Origin: an uncultured Gemmatimonadales bacterium
Lineage (GTDB): Bacteria; Gemmatimonadota; Gemmatimonadetes; Longimicrobiales; RSA9
Direction: 5' to 3'
DNA length: 64,000 bases
Assembly: GCA_963798085.1 (NCBI GenBank)
Contig: CAWCRS010000007.1
Span: 1,024,001-1,088,000, forward strand
The notes below the pieces were generated by a model. It was given only the letters and a program-made list of their open reading frames with translations, had not been told where the DNA came from and did not search any database. Shown one piece after another: positions 1-8,711 of the stretch. Position 1 is the first letter of the stretch. Every line of letters begins with the position of its first letter. The translations under genes were made by a program, and so were the position numbers.

Positions 1-600
1 GAGGCCGAGAACGCGCAGGCTGGCACGCCCGTCGTGTCGCTGGCCCGCGCCGTGACCCTGGTCGATGCCCGCCGCCTCGGTGAAGCGCGCGCCGCGCTGC
101 AGGAGTACCGGGTGCGGCTGGGTGAGGGCCAGAAGCCCGACGCGGCGTGGTTCTACTACAGCGCGCTCGTGGCGGCACTCACCGGCGACAGCGGCCGTGC
201 GCAGGCGCTCTGCTGGGAAGGCCTCGAGGCGTGGCCCGACAGTGCGCCGCTGCTGCTGCTGGCAGGACTGGCGGCGGAACGACTGGGCAATGCCGACGGC
301 GCCGAGCTGTTCTACCGGCGGGCCATCGAGGTCGAGCCTTCACTGGCACAGGCGCACAAGAATCTGGGCGACATCGCGTTCGCGCGGGGCACGTCCGAGG
401 AAGCGCTGCGCCTCTATCAGCGTGTTGCGGAGCTGGCGCCGGACCTGGGCGATGACGTGTACGCACGGCTCGGCACGCTTTACTACCGCGCGCGCAATCG
501 CGAAGCGGCGATACGCTCGTGGACGCGCGCCCTCGAGCTGAATGCCGGCAACAATGTGGTGCGCAACCAGCTGGAGGTGCTGCGTCATGCCGGAGCGTGA
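1..600 (+). CDS. Tetratricopeptide repeat protein, C-terminal part (5' truncated by window)
   Basis: Frame open from base 1; TPR-like helices (AHKNLGDIAF, VYARLGTLYY, WTRALELN); overlaps cheR start. Confidence 0.8.
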   Translation, partial: EAENAQAGTPVVSLARAVTLVDARRLGEARAALQEYRVRLGEGQKPDAAWFYYSALVAALTGDSGRAQALCWEGLEAWPDSAPLLLLAGLAAERLGNADGAELFYRRAIEVEPSLAQAHKNLGDIAFARGTSEEALRLYQRVAELAPDLGDDVYARLGTLYYRARNREAAIRSWTRALELNAGNNVVRNQLEVLRHAGA

Positions 601-1492
601 ACACCGACCGCCTCCTGCGCGCGGAGAGACGCCAGCGGCGCCACCATCGCTGGTGCCGCCACCGGTGGACACCGGACGCAGCGAGCTGTCGCCGCGCGCG
701 GCCGCCGAGCTGCGCAATCTGAAGCGACTGATCCAGGCGAAGGCCGGACTCTGCTGCGAAGGCTACAAGGAGCGCGTGCTGCGACGCCGCATTGCCGTGC
801 GCATGCGGGCCCGCGCGACGCCTTCCTACGGCGCGTACGCGGCGCTGCTGCAGAAGGAGCCCGAAGAGTTTCAGCGGCTGGTCGACACCGTCACCATCAA
901 TGTCAGCAAGTTCTTCCGCAACGCCAGCACCTGGGTGCTGCTGCGCGACCGCGTGCTGCCCGAGCTGTTCACGCTGGACGCACCGCGCGTGAACATCTGG
1001 AGCGCCGGCTCGGCAGCGGGCGAGGAAGCCTACTCCGTCGCCATGCTGCTGCTGCAGCACGCGGCCGAACACAATGTTGGCCTCGACGGCTTCCACATCC
1101 TCGCGACGGACATCGACGACGATTCACTGGAACAGGCGAAACGGGCCGAGTACCCTGCTTTCGCGTTCGGCGAGATGTCGGAGCAGACGCGTGCGCGCTG
1201 GTTCGAGGGGCCGAAGCGCGACAGGCTGAAGGCGGAGGTGAAGGCGCTCGTGCAGTTCGATCGGCTCGACCTGATGACGTCGGAGTTTCCCGCCGACCGC
1301 CACCTCATCCTCTGCCGCAACGTGCTGATCTACTTCGAGCGCGACATCCAGAAGCAGTTGTTCCGCCGCTTCCACGATGCGCTCGTGCCGCAGGGATACC
1401 TGCAGCTGGGAAAGGTCGAGACGCTGTTCGGTGCGCCGCCCGGATTGTTCGAGACGGTGTCGGCGCGCGAACGCCTGTTCCGCCGCACATGA
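587..1492 (+). CDS. cheR: Chemotaxis protein-glutamate methyltransferase CheR
   Basis: TINVSKFFRN, IWSAGSAAGEEAYS, ATDID, ILCRNVLIYF motifs; GGAGG RBS at 573-577 before ATG 587. Confidence 0.92.
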   Translation: MPEREHRPPPARGETPAAPPSLVPPPVDTGRSELSPRAAAELRNLKRLIQAKAGLCCEGYKERVLRRRIAVRMRARATPSYGAYAALLQKEPEEFQRLVDTVTINVSKFFRNASTWVLLRDRVLPELFTLDAPRVNIWSAGSAAGEEAYSVAMLLLQHAAEHNVGLDGFHILATDIDDDSLEQAKRAEYPAFAFGEMSEQTRARWFEGPKRDRLKAEVKALVQFDRLDLMTSEFPADRHLILCRNVLIYFERDIQKQLFRRFHDALVPQGYLQLGKVETLFGAPPGLFETVSARERLFRRT

Positions 1493-1977
1493 GCGTGCAC
1501 CGCGAGCCGGTCACCATCGGAGAGGCGAAGGTGGCGCGCGCAGACACCGTCCTCTACACACTGGGCATCGGCTCGTGCGTCGCCATTGTGTTGTACAATG
1601 GCGATCAGCGCATTGGCGGCCTGGCGCACGCGCTGCTGCCCGATCCGCGCTCGGGCCGCTCCCCGGCGCCAGCCGCACGCTTCGCCTCCACCGCTGTGGA
1701 CGCGCTCATTGCCATGATGCAGGAGACCGGCGCCAATGCACGCCGCCTGCGCGCCAAGCTGGCGGGCGGTGCATCCATGTTCGATACACTGCTCACCGAA
1801 GGCGGACGCCAGCTGGGCCTGCGCAATGTGGAAGCGGCGCGCTCGGCGCTGGCGCGCGCAGGCGTGCCCGTCGACGGCGAAGACACGGGCGGCACGCACG
1901 GCCGGTCCGTGTACCTGCACGTGGATGAAGGACGCGTCGTCGTCGCATCCGTGATGTTCCCTGATGTCATCCTCTGA
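1489..1977 (+). CDS. cheD: Chemoreceptor glutamine deamidase CheD
   Basis: TLGIGSCVAI, GGLAHALLP, AKLAGGASMF, GLRNV, EDTGG..GRSV motifs. Confidence 0.92.
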   Translation: MSVHREPVTIGEAKVARADTVLYTLGIGSCVAIVLYNGDQRIGGLAHALLPDPRSGRSPAPAARFASTAVDALIAMMQETGANARRLRAKLAGGASMFDTLLTEGGRQLGLRNVEAARSALARAGVPVDGEDTGGTHGRSVYLHVDEGRVVVASVMFPDVIL

Positions 1978-3070
1978 GCCGGGCGCCGAGGCACCCACCA
2001 CCGTGCTCGTGGTGGAAGACGCGACCGCAGCGCGCGCCGAACTGCTGTCCATCATCCAGGCGGCCGACGGCTACAATGTCGTGGCCGAGGCGAGGTCCGG
2101 GTACGAGGCGATCCGCGCCATCCACGAACGCAACCCCGACATCGTCGTGCTGGGGCTGGGCGCCATGGACGTGCGCGGCATTGAAGTACTGGCCTACATT
2201 TCGGCGGAAGCACCGCGGCCGGTGGTGGTGCTGAGCGGGCACGCACAAATGCTCGCGGATCCCGCCCTCGCGACCGTGGATTTCGGTAACATCGAGTTTG
2301 TGGTGCGCCCCGCCGGCGATGGCCGCCTCGATGTGCTGCGCGGCAGACTGCTCACCGCCCTCGACGCCGCCGCCACGGCCCGCATTGGCGGATTGCGCAT
2401 GAACCGGGCGCGACGCGCGGCGGCGCGCGCCAGCCGCGCGGCGAGGCGGGCGGCACGCACGGGCGGCGATGAAGCCGGCACACCGGCGCAGTGCGTGATC
2501 GCGATTGCCGCATCCACAGGCGGGCCGCGCGCCCTGCTCCAGGTCATCCCGCAGATTCCCGGCGATCTGCCCGCGGCCGTGCTCATCGTGCAGCACATGC
2601 CCGCCATCTTCACCTCGTTCCTGGCGGAGCGCCTGAACCGCTCCAGCGCGCTGCGCGTGAAGCAGGCGACCGCGGGTGAGCTGCTCAAGGCGGGCGTGGC
2701 GTACCTCGCGCCCGGGGGCCTGCACATGGCGCTGCAACGCACCGCCGCCGGCATCTCGGTGCTGCTCGAAGACAGTGAGCCCGTGTGGGGACTGCGACCC
2801 GCCGCCAATGTCCTGTTCAGCTCCGTGGCGCGCCACTTCGGGCCGCGTACCGTGGGGGTCGTACTGACCGGCATGGGCAAGGATGGCAGCGCGGGACTGC
2901 GCGCCATCCACGACGTGGGCGGCTGGACAGCGGTGCAGGACGCCAGCACCGCCGTCGTTGCCAGCATGCCGCGCGCGGCCCGGCCCTTCGCCGGCGTGGA
3001 GCTGACCCTCGACCGCGTGGCCGCGGTGATCAGCGAACAGGCAGCGGCCCGCGCCCGGCCCACGCCGTGA
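1964..3070 (+). CDS. cheB: Protein-glutamate methylesterase CheB with atypical receiver domain
   Basis: Catalytic motifs ASTGGP, VQHMP, LTGMGKDG; N-terminal REC-like domain. Confidence 0.9.
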   Translation: MSSSEPGAEAPTTVLVVEDATAARAELLSIIQAADGYNVVAEARSGYEAIRAIHERNPDIVVLGLGAMDVRGIEVLAYISAEAPRPVVVLSGHAQMLADPALATVDFGNIEFVVRPAGDGRLDVLRGRLLTALDAAATARIGGLRMNRARRAAARASRAARRAARTGGDEAGTPAQCVIAIAASTGGPRALLQVIPQIPGDLPAAVLIVQHMPAIFTSFLAERLNRSSALRVKQATAGELLKAGVAYLAPGGLHMALQRTAAGISVLLEDSEPVWGLRPAANVLFSSVARHFGPRTVGVVLTGMGKDGSAGLRAIHDVGGWTAVQDASTAVVASMPRAARPFAGVELTLDRVAAVISEQAAARARPTP

Positions 3071-4128
3071 GCGCGGCGAGCGTTCTGCTCGCCTGCACGC
3101 TCCTCGCGGCCGCCCCCGCCCGCTGCCCCGCGCGCGCGCCGCACAGGATCGCTGCAACATCGCTGCCATCGCGCTCAGCAGAAGCCCGGGCGCAACGGAA
3201 GACGCGGCAGCAGCCCGGCGCCTCGCTGCACAGCGGCCAGCTCAGCTTCCGCTGGTGGCCGGGAGGCGAGAAACTGGCGGAGGCCCTGGCGAACGCGGCC
3301 CGTAATATCGTGTTAGCGGCACTCCCGGCCGACATCCTCGAGCAGCCGCCCGCCATCACCATATTCCTGGCGCCCGACGAAGAGCGGTTCGACTCGCTGA
3401 CACAGGGTCAGGCGCCACACTGGGGCGCGGGTGTGGCGTTCCCCGAAAGCGGTGTTATCGTGCTGCCGGCCTACAGCTCCGCGCGCGCCGCACCGCACGA
3501 GCTGGCCGGCATCCTGCGCCACGAGCTGGCACACGTCGCACTGCAGCGCTACCTCGGCGGCGCACAGGTACCGCGCTGGTTCACCGAAGGCTACGCCGTG
3601 TTCAGCGCGGGACAGCTCGACGAAAGCGCCGGCTGGATCCTGCGCCTCGCCTTCCTCACCGGGCACGCGCCGCCCCTCGATTCGCTTTCGCTCGACTGGC
3701 CCTCGCGCACAACGGACGCGCGCGTCGCATACCTGCTCTCCGCCAGCGCCGTCTCCTGGCTGTACGGCAACGGCGGTGAGCGTGTGCTGCAGATCTTCCT
3801 GCAACGCTGGCGAGACGGCGGCAACTTCGAGCGCGCGCTTTTCGACACCTATGGGCTCGATCTCGGACACATGGAGAAATACTGGTCCGCCAGCGTCAGA
3901 CGACGCTACGGCTGGCTGCTCTTCGTCGCCCAGTCCGTCGTGCTGTGGGCGCTCACCGCCATGCTCGTGCTGTTCCTGTTCCTGCTGCGCCGCCGGCGCA
4001 ATCGCGCGCGCATGGCGAGACTCGAGGCGACCGAACTGCCCGATCGACCGGCATTCTGGGAGCCGGGCGGCGACCAGCTGGAACCCGGGCCGCAGCAGGA
4101 TCCGGGAGAGCCGCCCGCGTTGACGTGA
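3067..4128 (+). CDS. Membrane-anchored zinc metallopeptidase (peptidase MA-like)
   Basis: HELAH...WFTEG zincin motif, N-terminal signal peptide, C-terminal TM helix; GTG start overlaps cheB stop. Confidence 0.7.
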   Translation: MSAASVLLACTLLAAAPARCPARAPHRIAATSLPSRSAEARAQRKTRQQPGASLHSGQLSFRWWPGGEKLAEALANAARNIVLAALPADILEQPPAITIFLAPDEERFDSLTQGQAPHWGAGVAFPESGVIVLPAYSSARAAPHELAGILRHELAHVALQRYLGGAQVPRWFTEGYAVFSAGQLDESAGWILRLAFLTGHAPPLDSLSLDWPSRTTDARVAYLLSASAVSWLYGNGGERVLQIFLQRWRDGGNFERALFDTYGLDLGHMEKYWSASVRRRYGWLLFVAQSVVLWALTAMLVLFLFLLRRRRNRARMARLEATELPDRPAFWEPGGDQLEPGPQQDPGEPPALT

Positions 4129-4155
4129 TGACCGCCCGGCGTGATCTTGGATGCC

Positions 4156-4362
4156 ATGAGTCCGAAGACCAGCCGCACGGCGTCACCCGGTGACGCACCC
4201 AGTTCACTCAAGTTCTCCACCATCAACGGCGTGCTGCTGCTCGCCGGCGTGGGCGTCATTGCGGCCGGTTACAGCATGCTCAGCCACGGCTCCATTGTGG
4301 GTGCGCCCCTGCTGCTGGTGCTGGGGTACGCCGTGCTGATCCCGCTCGGCATCATCCTCTGA
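4156..4362 (+). CDS. Small two-TM membrane protein (DUF3098-like)
   Basis: Two hydrophobic helices, F...N..LL..G...I..GY and APLLLVLGY pattern. Confidence 0.55.
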   Translation: MSPKTSRTASPGDAPSSLKFSTINGVLLLAGVGVIAAGYSMLSHGSIVGAPLLLVLGYAVLIPLGIIL

Positions 4363-4388
4363 GTCGCACAGGTCCCGGCCACATTTCG

Positions 4389-4463
4389 GGGCGCTTAGCT
4401 CAGCTGGTTCAGAGCGCCTGCCTTACAAGCAGGAGGTCAGTGGTTCGAATCCACTAGCGCCCA
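4389..4463 (+). tRNA. tRNA-Val (anticodon TAC), CCA not directly encoded
   Basis: Acceptor stem GGGCGCT/AGCGCCC, D-arm AGCTCAGCTGG, anticodon arm CCTGC-CTTACAA-GCAGG, T-loop GGTTCGAATCC. Confidence 0.97.
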
Positions 4464-4640
4464 TCCATCGGACCCGACCCAACCCGCAGTTAGCCAGTCC
4501 TCCGCGCGCAGGCTCGACGGGATTCTGGCACGCGCGCGGGGACACAGGCGCCAGACTGCCGAACTCCCTCACAGAACCGGCGTTTCCCGGCCGGCTCGCG
4601 TGTCAGGCAAGGCCCGGCGCGCAGGTCGGTGGCTTCCTTC

Positions 4641-4669
4641 TTGACGCGGCTGCGCACGGGTCTTATCCT
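4641..4669 (+). promoter_or_regulatory. Sigma70-type promoter of the iron-uptake pair
   Basis: TTGACG (4641-4646), 17 bp spacer, TATCCT (4664-4669). Confidence 0.7.
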
Positions 4670-4671
4670 GT

Positions 4672-4690
4672 GTTGAGAATGATTCTCAAC
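4672..4690. promoter_or_regulatory. Fur-family operator (Fur box-like)
   Basis: Perfect 9-1-9 inverted repeat GTTGAGAAT-G-ATTCTCAAC, AT-rich in a GC-rich background, directly after the -10 box and upstream of an FTR1 permease. Confidence 0.82.
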
Positions 4691-5299
4691 CTGGCCGGTC
4701 CAGCCCTGTCCACCCCGCCACTACGTGGACTGTGGACTGCACGAGGAGCCACGAACGGCCTGCTCGCAGCGACCCTCGCCCTGAGCGCGTGCGGCAACCA
4801 GGCAGCCGCCAACGGAGCGGCCGCGGATGCCTCGGCTGGTGCCGCGCCGTCCGAGGCCAGGACCAGTGCGGTGGCACCACCGGGAACAGGACTGATCCAG
4901 GGAACACCGGCCGGCGGGCTGGAGGACTGGACACGCGAGATCAAGGAAGGCACGCGCGCCCTGACCGCGCAGGCTACGACCAACGCCGCCGCCGCGCAGC
5001 GCAGGGCACTCGACCTTTACGTCGGGCGGCAGGAGTACATTGAGATGTACTGGGGCCCGCAGGGCCGGCTCAAAGCGGCGACGCCGGCGCTGGGAGCGTC
5101 GGTGCTGTCCGCGGAGACGGCGTTCCACGACCTGCTGCAGCTGCTCGCGTTTCCGCCCGTCGACACGATGAAGATGCGAACCTCCGTGGATACGCTGGCA
5201 CTGCGGATGGATCGCGTGCTGAGTGAAGCGAAGCAGGCCAACGTGCCGCTGATGCCGCCCGGCAATGAGCCGGCGCACGGAGCGAAAGAGCCGAAGTGA
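4679..5299 (+). CDS. Lipoprotein homologous to the periplasmic domain of the adjacent FTR1 permease
   Basis: Lipobox LSAC; stop overlaps FTR1 start (GTGA); start codon uncertain. Confidence 0.7.
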   Translation: MILNLAGPALSTPPLRGLWTARGATNGLLAATLALSACGNQAAANGAAADASAGAAPSEARTSAVAPPGTGLIQGTPAGGLEDWTREIKEGTRALTAQATTNAAAAQRRALDLYVGRQEYIEMYWGPQGRLKAATPALGASVLSAETAFHDLLQLLAFPPVDTMKMRTSVDTLALRMDRVLSEAKQANVPLMPPGNEPAHGAKEPK

Positions 5300-7002
5300 G
5301 CATTCCGGTGCCGCCATGGGATTCGACGCGACGACGCATCGTTGCGTTCTGTGTCGTAACAGCGCTCGCACTCGCGACGCCGGTGCTCGCCCGCACGCGC
5401 GCGACGCAGCCTCTTCCCGCGGCGGCGCGCGAAGCCGGCCTGCACGCCTGGCTGAGTGCGTCACGCAACGGGCTCGAGGGTCTGACCGGCGCATTGGATG
5501 CGGAGCTGGCACGCACGGGCACGCAGGTCGTGCTGCGTCTCTACCTGGACAACTTCGAGCCGATCGAGAGCTGGTACGGCGTGGGTGCGCCGTGGGGCAG
5601 GGAACCACTCGCGAGTCTGGTGGCGGCGGGCGAGACGCGCTTCCACGAGGCGCTGACGGCGCGCGATCCGAAACAGCTGCGGACACTGCTTACCGCGCTG
5701 CGCGACGATCTCGAGCGCATTGGCCGCGCCGCTGACGATGCGGGCGTGCCGCTGACGCCACCCGCGGCCGTCCCGCCCGTAGTCACGCAGGACGTGACGA
5801 CACTGCGTGAAGCGCGCACGCCCGAGGTCGCGGCAGTGCTCGAGAAGCTGACACGCGCGCGGGCGGCTTATTCGGCCGGGCATGCAGACACGGCCCTTGC
5901 GCTGGTCGAAGATGCGTACCTGCAGGGCTTCGAGCCGCTGGAAGCGCGACTGCCGGCGGATGCGCGGCGCGACGTCGAGTCGCTGATCCACCTGCGACTG
6001 CGCCCGCTGCTCGCACGCGGCGGGAGTCAGGCGGATGTGCTGGTCGCATTCACGCAACTGCGCGCGGCTCTGCTGCTCGCCGATCAGTCGCTGGCCGGTG
6101 CACCGACCTTCTGGTTCGGCGCTGCGAACGCGTTTGTCATCATCGTGCGCGAAGGACTCGAGGCCGTCCTGCTCATTGCCGCGATCCTCGCCTACCTCGC
6201 GGGAATCGGCGCGGCGCCGCGCGAGCGTTACCGCATCTTCGCGGGCATGCTGGCCGGCGTGCTGGCCACATTCGCCACGTGGGGTTTGGCGCGTACGCTG
6301 GTGCCGGTGAGCGGCGCCGGCCGCGAAATGATGGAGGGCGTGACCGCGCTGCTGGCCGTGGCCGTGCTGCTGTATGTGTCCAACTGGCTGTTTCAGAAGA
6401 CATACATCCACGACTGGAAGAACTACCTGCGCTCACAGGTGGGCCGTGCGGTAACGACGGGGTCGGCCCTGGCCATGGCCAGCCTGGCATTCGCAGCCGT
6501 GTATCGCGAAGGCTTCGAGACCGTGCTGTTCTATCAGGCGCTGCTGTTCGATTCGAGCGCTTCCGCCGTGCTCGCCGGTTTCCTGCCCGGGCTGCTGCTC
6601 ATCGTCGGGATCGGTGCGGCCATCCTGCGCATGGGCGTGAAGCTGCCGCTGCGCAGACTGTTCGCCGTGACCAACACGATCCTCCTCTACCTCGCCTTCG
6701 TGTTCATCGGCAAGGGCATCTACAACCTCCAGGAAGCCGGCCTGTTCTCGCCGCAGCCACTGGCCTGGGTGCCGGATCATCCCGTGCTGCGCCAGCTGCT
6801 GGGCCTCTACCCGATGGCGCAGACGGTGCTCGCACAGCTCGCGTTCCTGGCTCTGCTGCTCGCCACGTACGTGTTCTACAGGCGACGCATGCGCGGTCAC
6901 GTGCACGCACCGGCAGGCCCTTCCATTGCGGCGCCGCCGACATCGACGAGCTCCGCCGCGTCGACCGTCACGAACACGGTCAGCAGTACTGTCCGCGTCT
7001 GA
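5296..7002 (+). CDS. FTR1/EfeU-family iron permease with two N-terminal periplasmic helical domains
   Basis: Two REGxE motifs (REGLE, REGFE), multi-TM C-terminal half, AYLQGFEPLE motif of PbrT-like periplasmic domain. Confidence 0.9.
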   Translation: MSIPVPPWDSTRRRIVAFCVVTALALATPVLARTRATQPLPAAAREAGLHAWLSASRNGLEGLTGALDAELARTGTQVVLRLYLDNFEPIESWYGVGAPWGREPLASLVAAGETRFHEALTARDPKQLRTLLTALRDDLERIGRAADDAGVPLTPPAAVPPVVTQDVTTLREARTPEVAAVLEKLTRARAAYSAGHADTALALVEDAYLQGFEPLEARLPADARRDVESLIHLRLRPLLARGGSQADVLVAFTQLRAALLLADQSLAGAPTFWFGAANAFVIIVREGLEAVLLIAAILAYLAGIGAAPRERYRIFAGMLAGVLATFATWGLARTLVPVSGAGREMMEGVTALLAVAVLLYVSNWLFQKTYIHDWKNYLRSQVGRAVTTGSALAMASLAFAAVYREGFETVLFYQALLFDSSASAVLAGFLPGLLLIVGIGAAILRMGVKLPLRRLFAVTNTILLYLAFVFIGKGIYNLQEAGLFSPQPLAWVPDHPVLRQLLGLYPMAQTVLAQLAFLALLLATYVFYRRRMRGHVHAPAGPSIAAPPTSTSSAASTVTNTVSSTVRV

Positions 7003-7153
7003 GGCGCTCGCGCCGCACACACGCTTGACCCGGCCGCCCGCGCGCGGCTAAGCTGCCGCGCCGGTCGGACAACCGCGGCGAGCCTGCCATTCAGCGAAGC
7101 ACGCTCCCGCGATGCCACCCGAACAGTCGTATCTCCCCGTGCGTGGTGCAGCA

Positions 7154-8683
7154 ATGAATCTCACGTCACGACAATTCGGTTCGCGCAGGGCGAGGCGAGG
7201 CCTCCGTCGCGCACTGCTCGCCCTGCTGGTTCTGCTGGCCGCGTCGTCGATCGGGAGCGCACGCGCGGGGCGCACTGTCCTGCTGACGGCGCGGGCCGCG
7301 GCGCAGACCCCGCCTGTCGTGCAGCCCGGTGACCTGGTGCTGCGCGGCGGCTGGCTGTTCGACGCGACCGGTGATCAGGTGCGTCGCAATCGCGGCATCA
7401 TCATCCGCCGGGGCAAGCTGTTCGCGGTGGACGTCGAGGTGCCCGCAAGTGTCGCCGGCGCGACGGTGCGCCAGCTGCGCGACGACGAGTACATCCTGCC
7501 CGGCCTGTTCGACCTGCACGCGCACTACGCGGTGGACCTGTTCGGCGAAGGCCGTGTCGACGAGTACGAGGTGAATCCGGTCCTGTTCCTCGCTAACGGC
7601 GTGACATCGACGTTCCCGGCAGGGGAGGTCGATCCCGAGGGCATGCGCACGGCGAGAGAACGCATTGATGCCGGGCAGCAGATCGGTCCGCGCATTTACA
7701 ACTCGGGGCCCTATTTCGGCACCGCGCGGCCGGGCTGGAAGTCGCCGCTGATGACGCCGGACAGCATCGAGCGGGAAGTCGACTACTGGGCTGCCAGAGG
7801 CGTGCGCGCGCTCAAGGCCAAGGGCATCACACCGGCGCAGCTGGAGGCGCTCATCGATGCGGGGCACAGACATGGGCTGACGGTCACGGGTCATCTCGAC
7901 TCGGGGTTCCGCAACAGTGTGAACCCGCGCGCTGCCATCCTCATGGGCATCGACCGCATCGAGCACTTCATGGGAGGCGACGCCATTACGTCCGACAAAC
8001 CGGCGTACTCGTCGCTCGAGGTGCTGGACACGTCGCGGCCCGAAGTGCACGCCATCATCGAGCTGTACCTCCAGCATAACGTGGTGTTTGACGCCACCCT
8101 CAGCGCCTACGGCTATTTCGGCAGACGCGACCCCGCGGTGTATACGCGCTGGACCGATGAGATGGCGTTCCTGACGCCGCACGCGCGCGAGGTCGTCGAG
8201 AAGACACTGCCGCGCCGCGTGAACGAGCAGTTCGAGCGCATCTACTGGGTGAAACGCCAGGAAGTGAAGGCCTTCTACGACGCGGGCGGGGAGCGTCTCA
8301 TAACCTCGGGTACGGATCACCCGAGCTGGGGCGAGTTCTTCTCGGGTTTCGGCTCGCACCGCGAGCTGCAGTCCCTCGTGCTGTCCGGCATTCCGGCGGC
8401 CGCGGCGCTGCGCATGGGCACTATCAATGGCGCGCACGCGCTGGGTGTGAGCGATCGTCTGGGCACCATCGAGGCCGGCAAGCTGGCGGATCTCTTCGTG
8501 GAGCGTGGCAACCCGCTTTCGGACATCAGCAACACCCACAACGTGCAGCTGGTCGTGAAGGCGGGACAGCTTTACGATCCGGCCGCACTGCTCGCGTCGG
8601 TCAAGGGGAAGCTGGGCCCGCGCAGCACGGCGGATGACGATCAGTGGAAGGGCCGCGTGCGCTACGCCGACGGCCAGCACTGA
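7154..8683 (+). CDS. Exported amidohydrolase-family metallohydrolase
   Basis: LPGLFDLHAH, IEH, GTDH, GTIEAGKLADL...GNPL; Arg-rich signal peptide. Confidence 0.85.
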   Translation: MNLTSRQFGSRRARRGLRRALLALLVLLAASSIGSARAGRTVLLTARAAAQTPPVVQPGDLVLRGGWLFDATGDQVRRNRGIIIRRGKLFAVDVEVPASVAGATVRQLRDDEYILPGLFDLHAHYAVDLFGEGRVDEYEVNPVLFLANGVTSTFPAGEVDPEGMRTARERIDAGQQIGPRIYNSGPYFGTARPGWKSPLMTPDSIEREVDYWAARGVRALKAKGITPAQLEALIDAGHRHGLTVTGHLDSGFRNSVNPRAAILMGIDRIEHFMGGDAITSDKPAYSSLEVLDTSRPEVHAIIELYLQHNVVFDATLSAYGYFGRRDPAVYTRWTDEMAFLTPHAREVVEKTLPRRVNEQFERIYWVKRQEVKAFYDAGGERLITSGTDHPSWGEFFSGFGSHRELQSLVLSGIPAAAALRMGTINGAHALGVSDRLGTIEAGKLADLFVERGNPLSDISNTHNVQLVVKAGQLYDPAALLASVKGKLGPRSTADDDQWKGRVRYADGQH

Positions 8684-8711
8684 GCGAGTGCCAGTCCACC
8701 AGGAGGATCGC

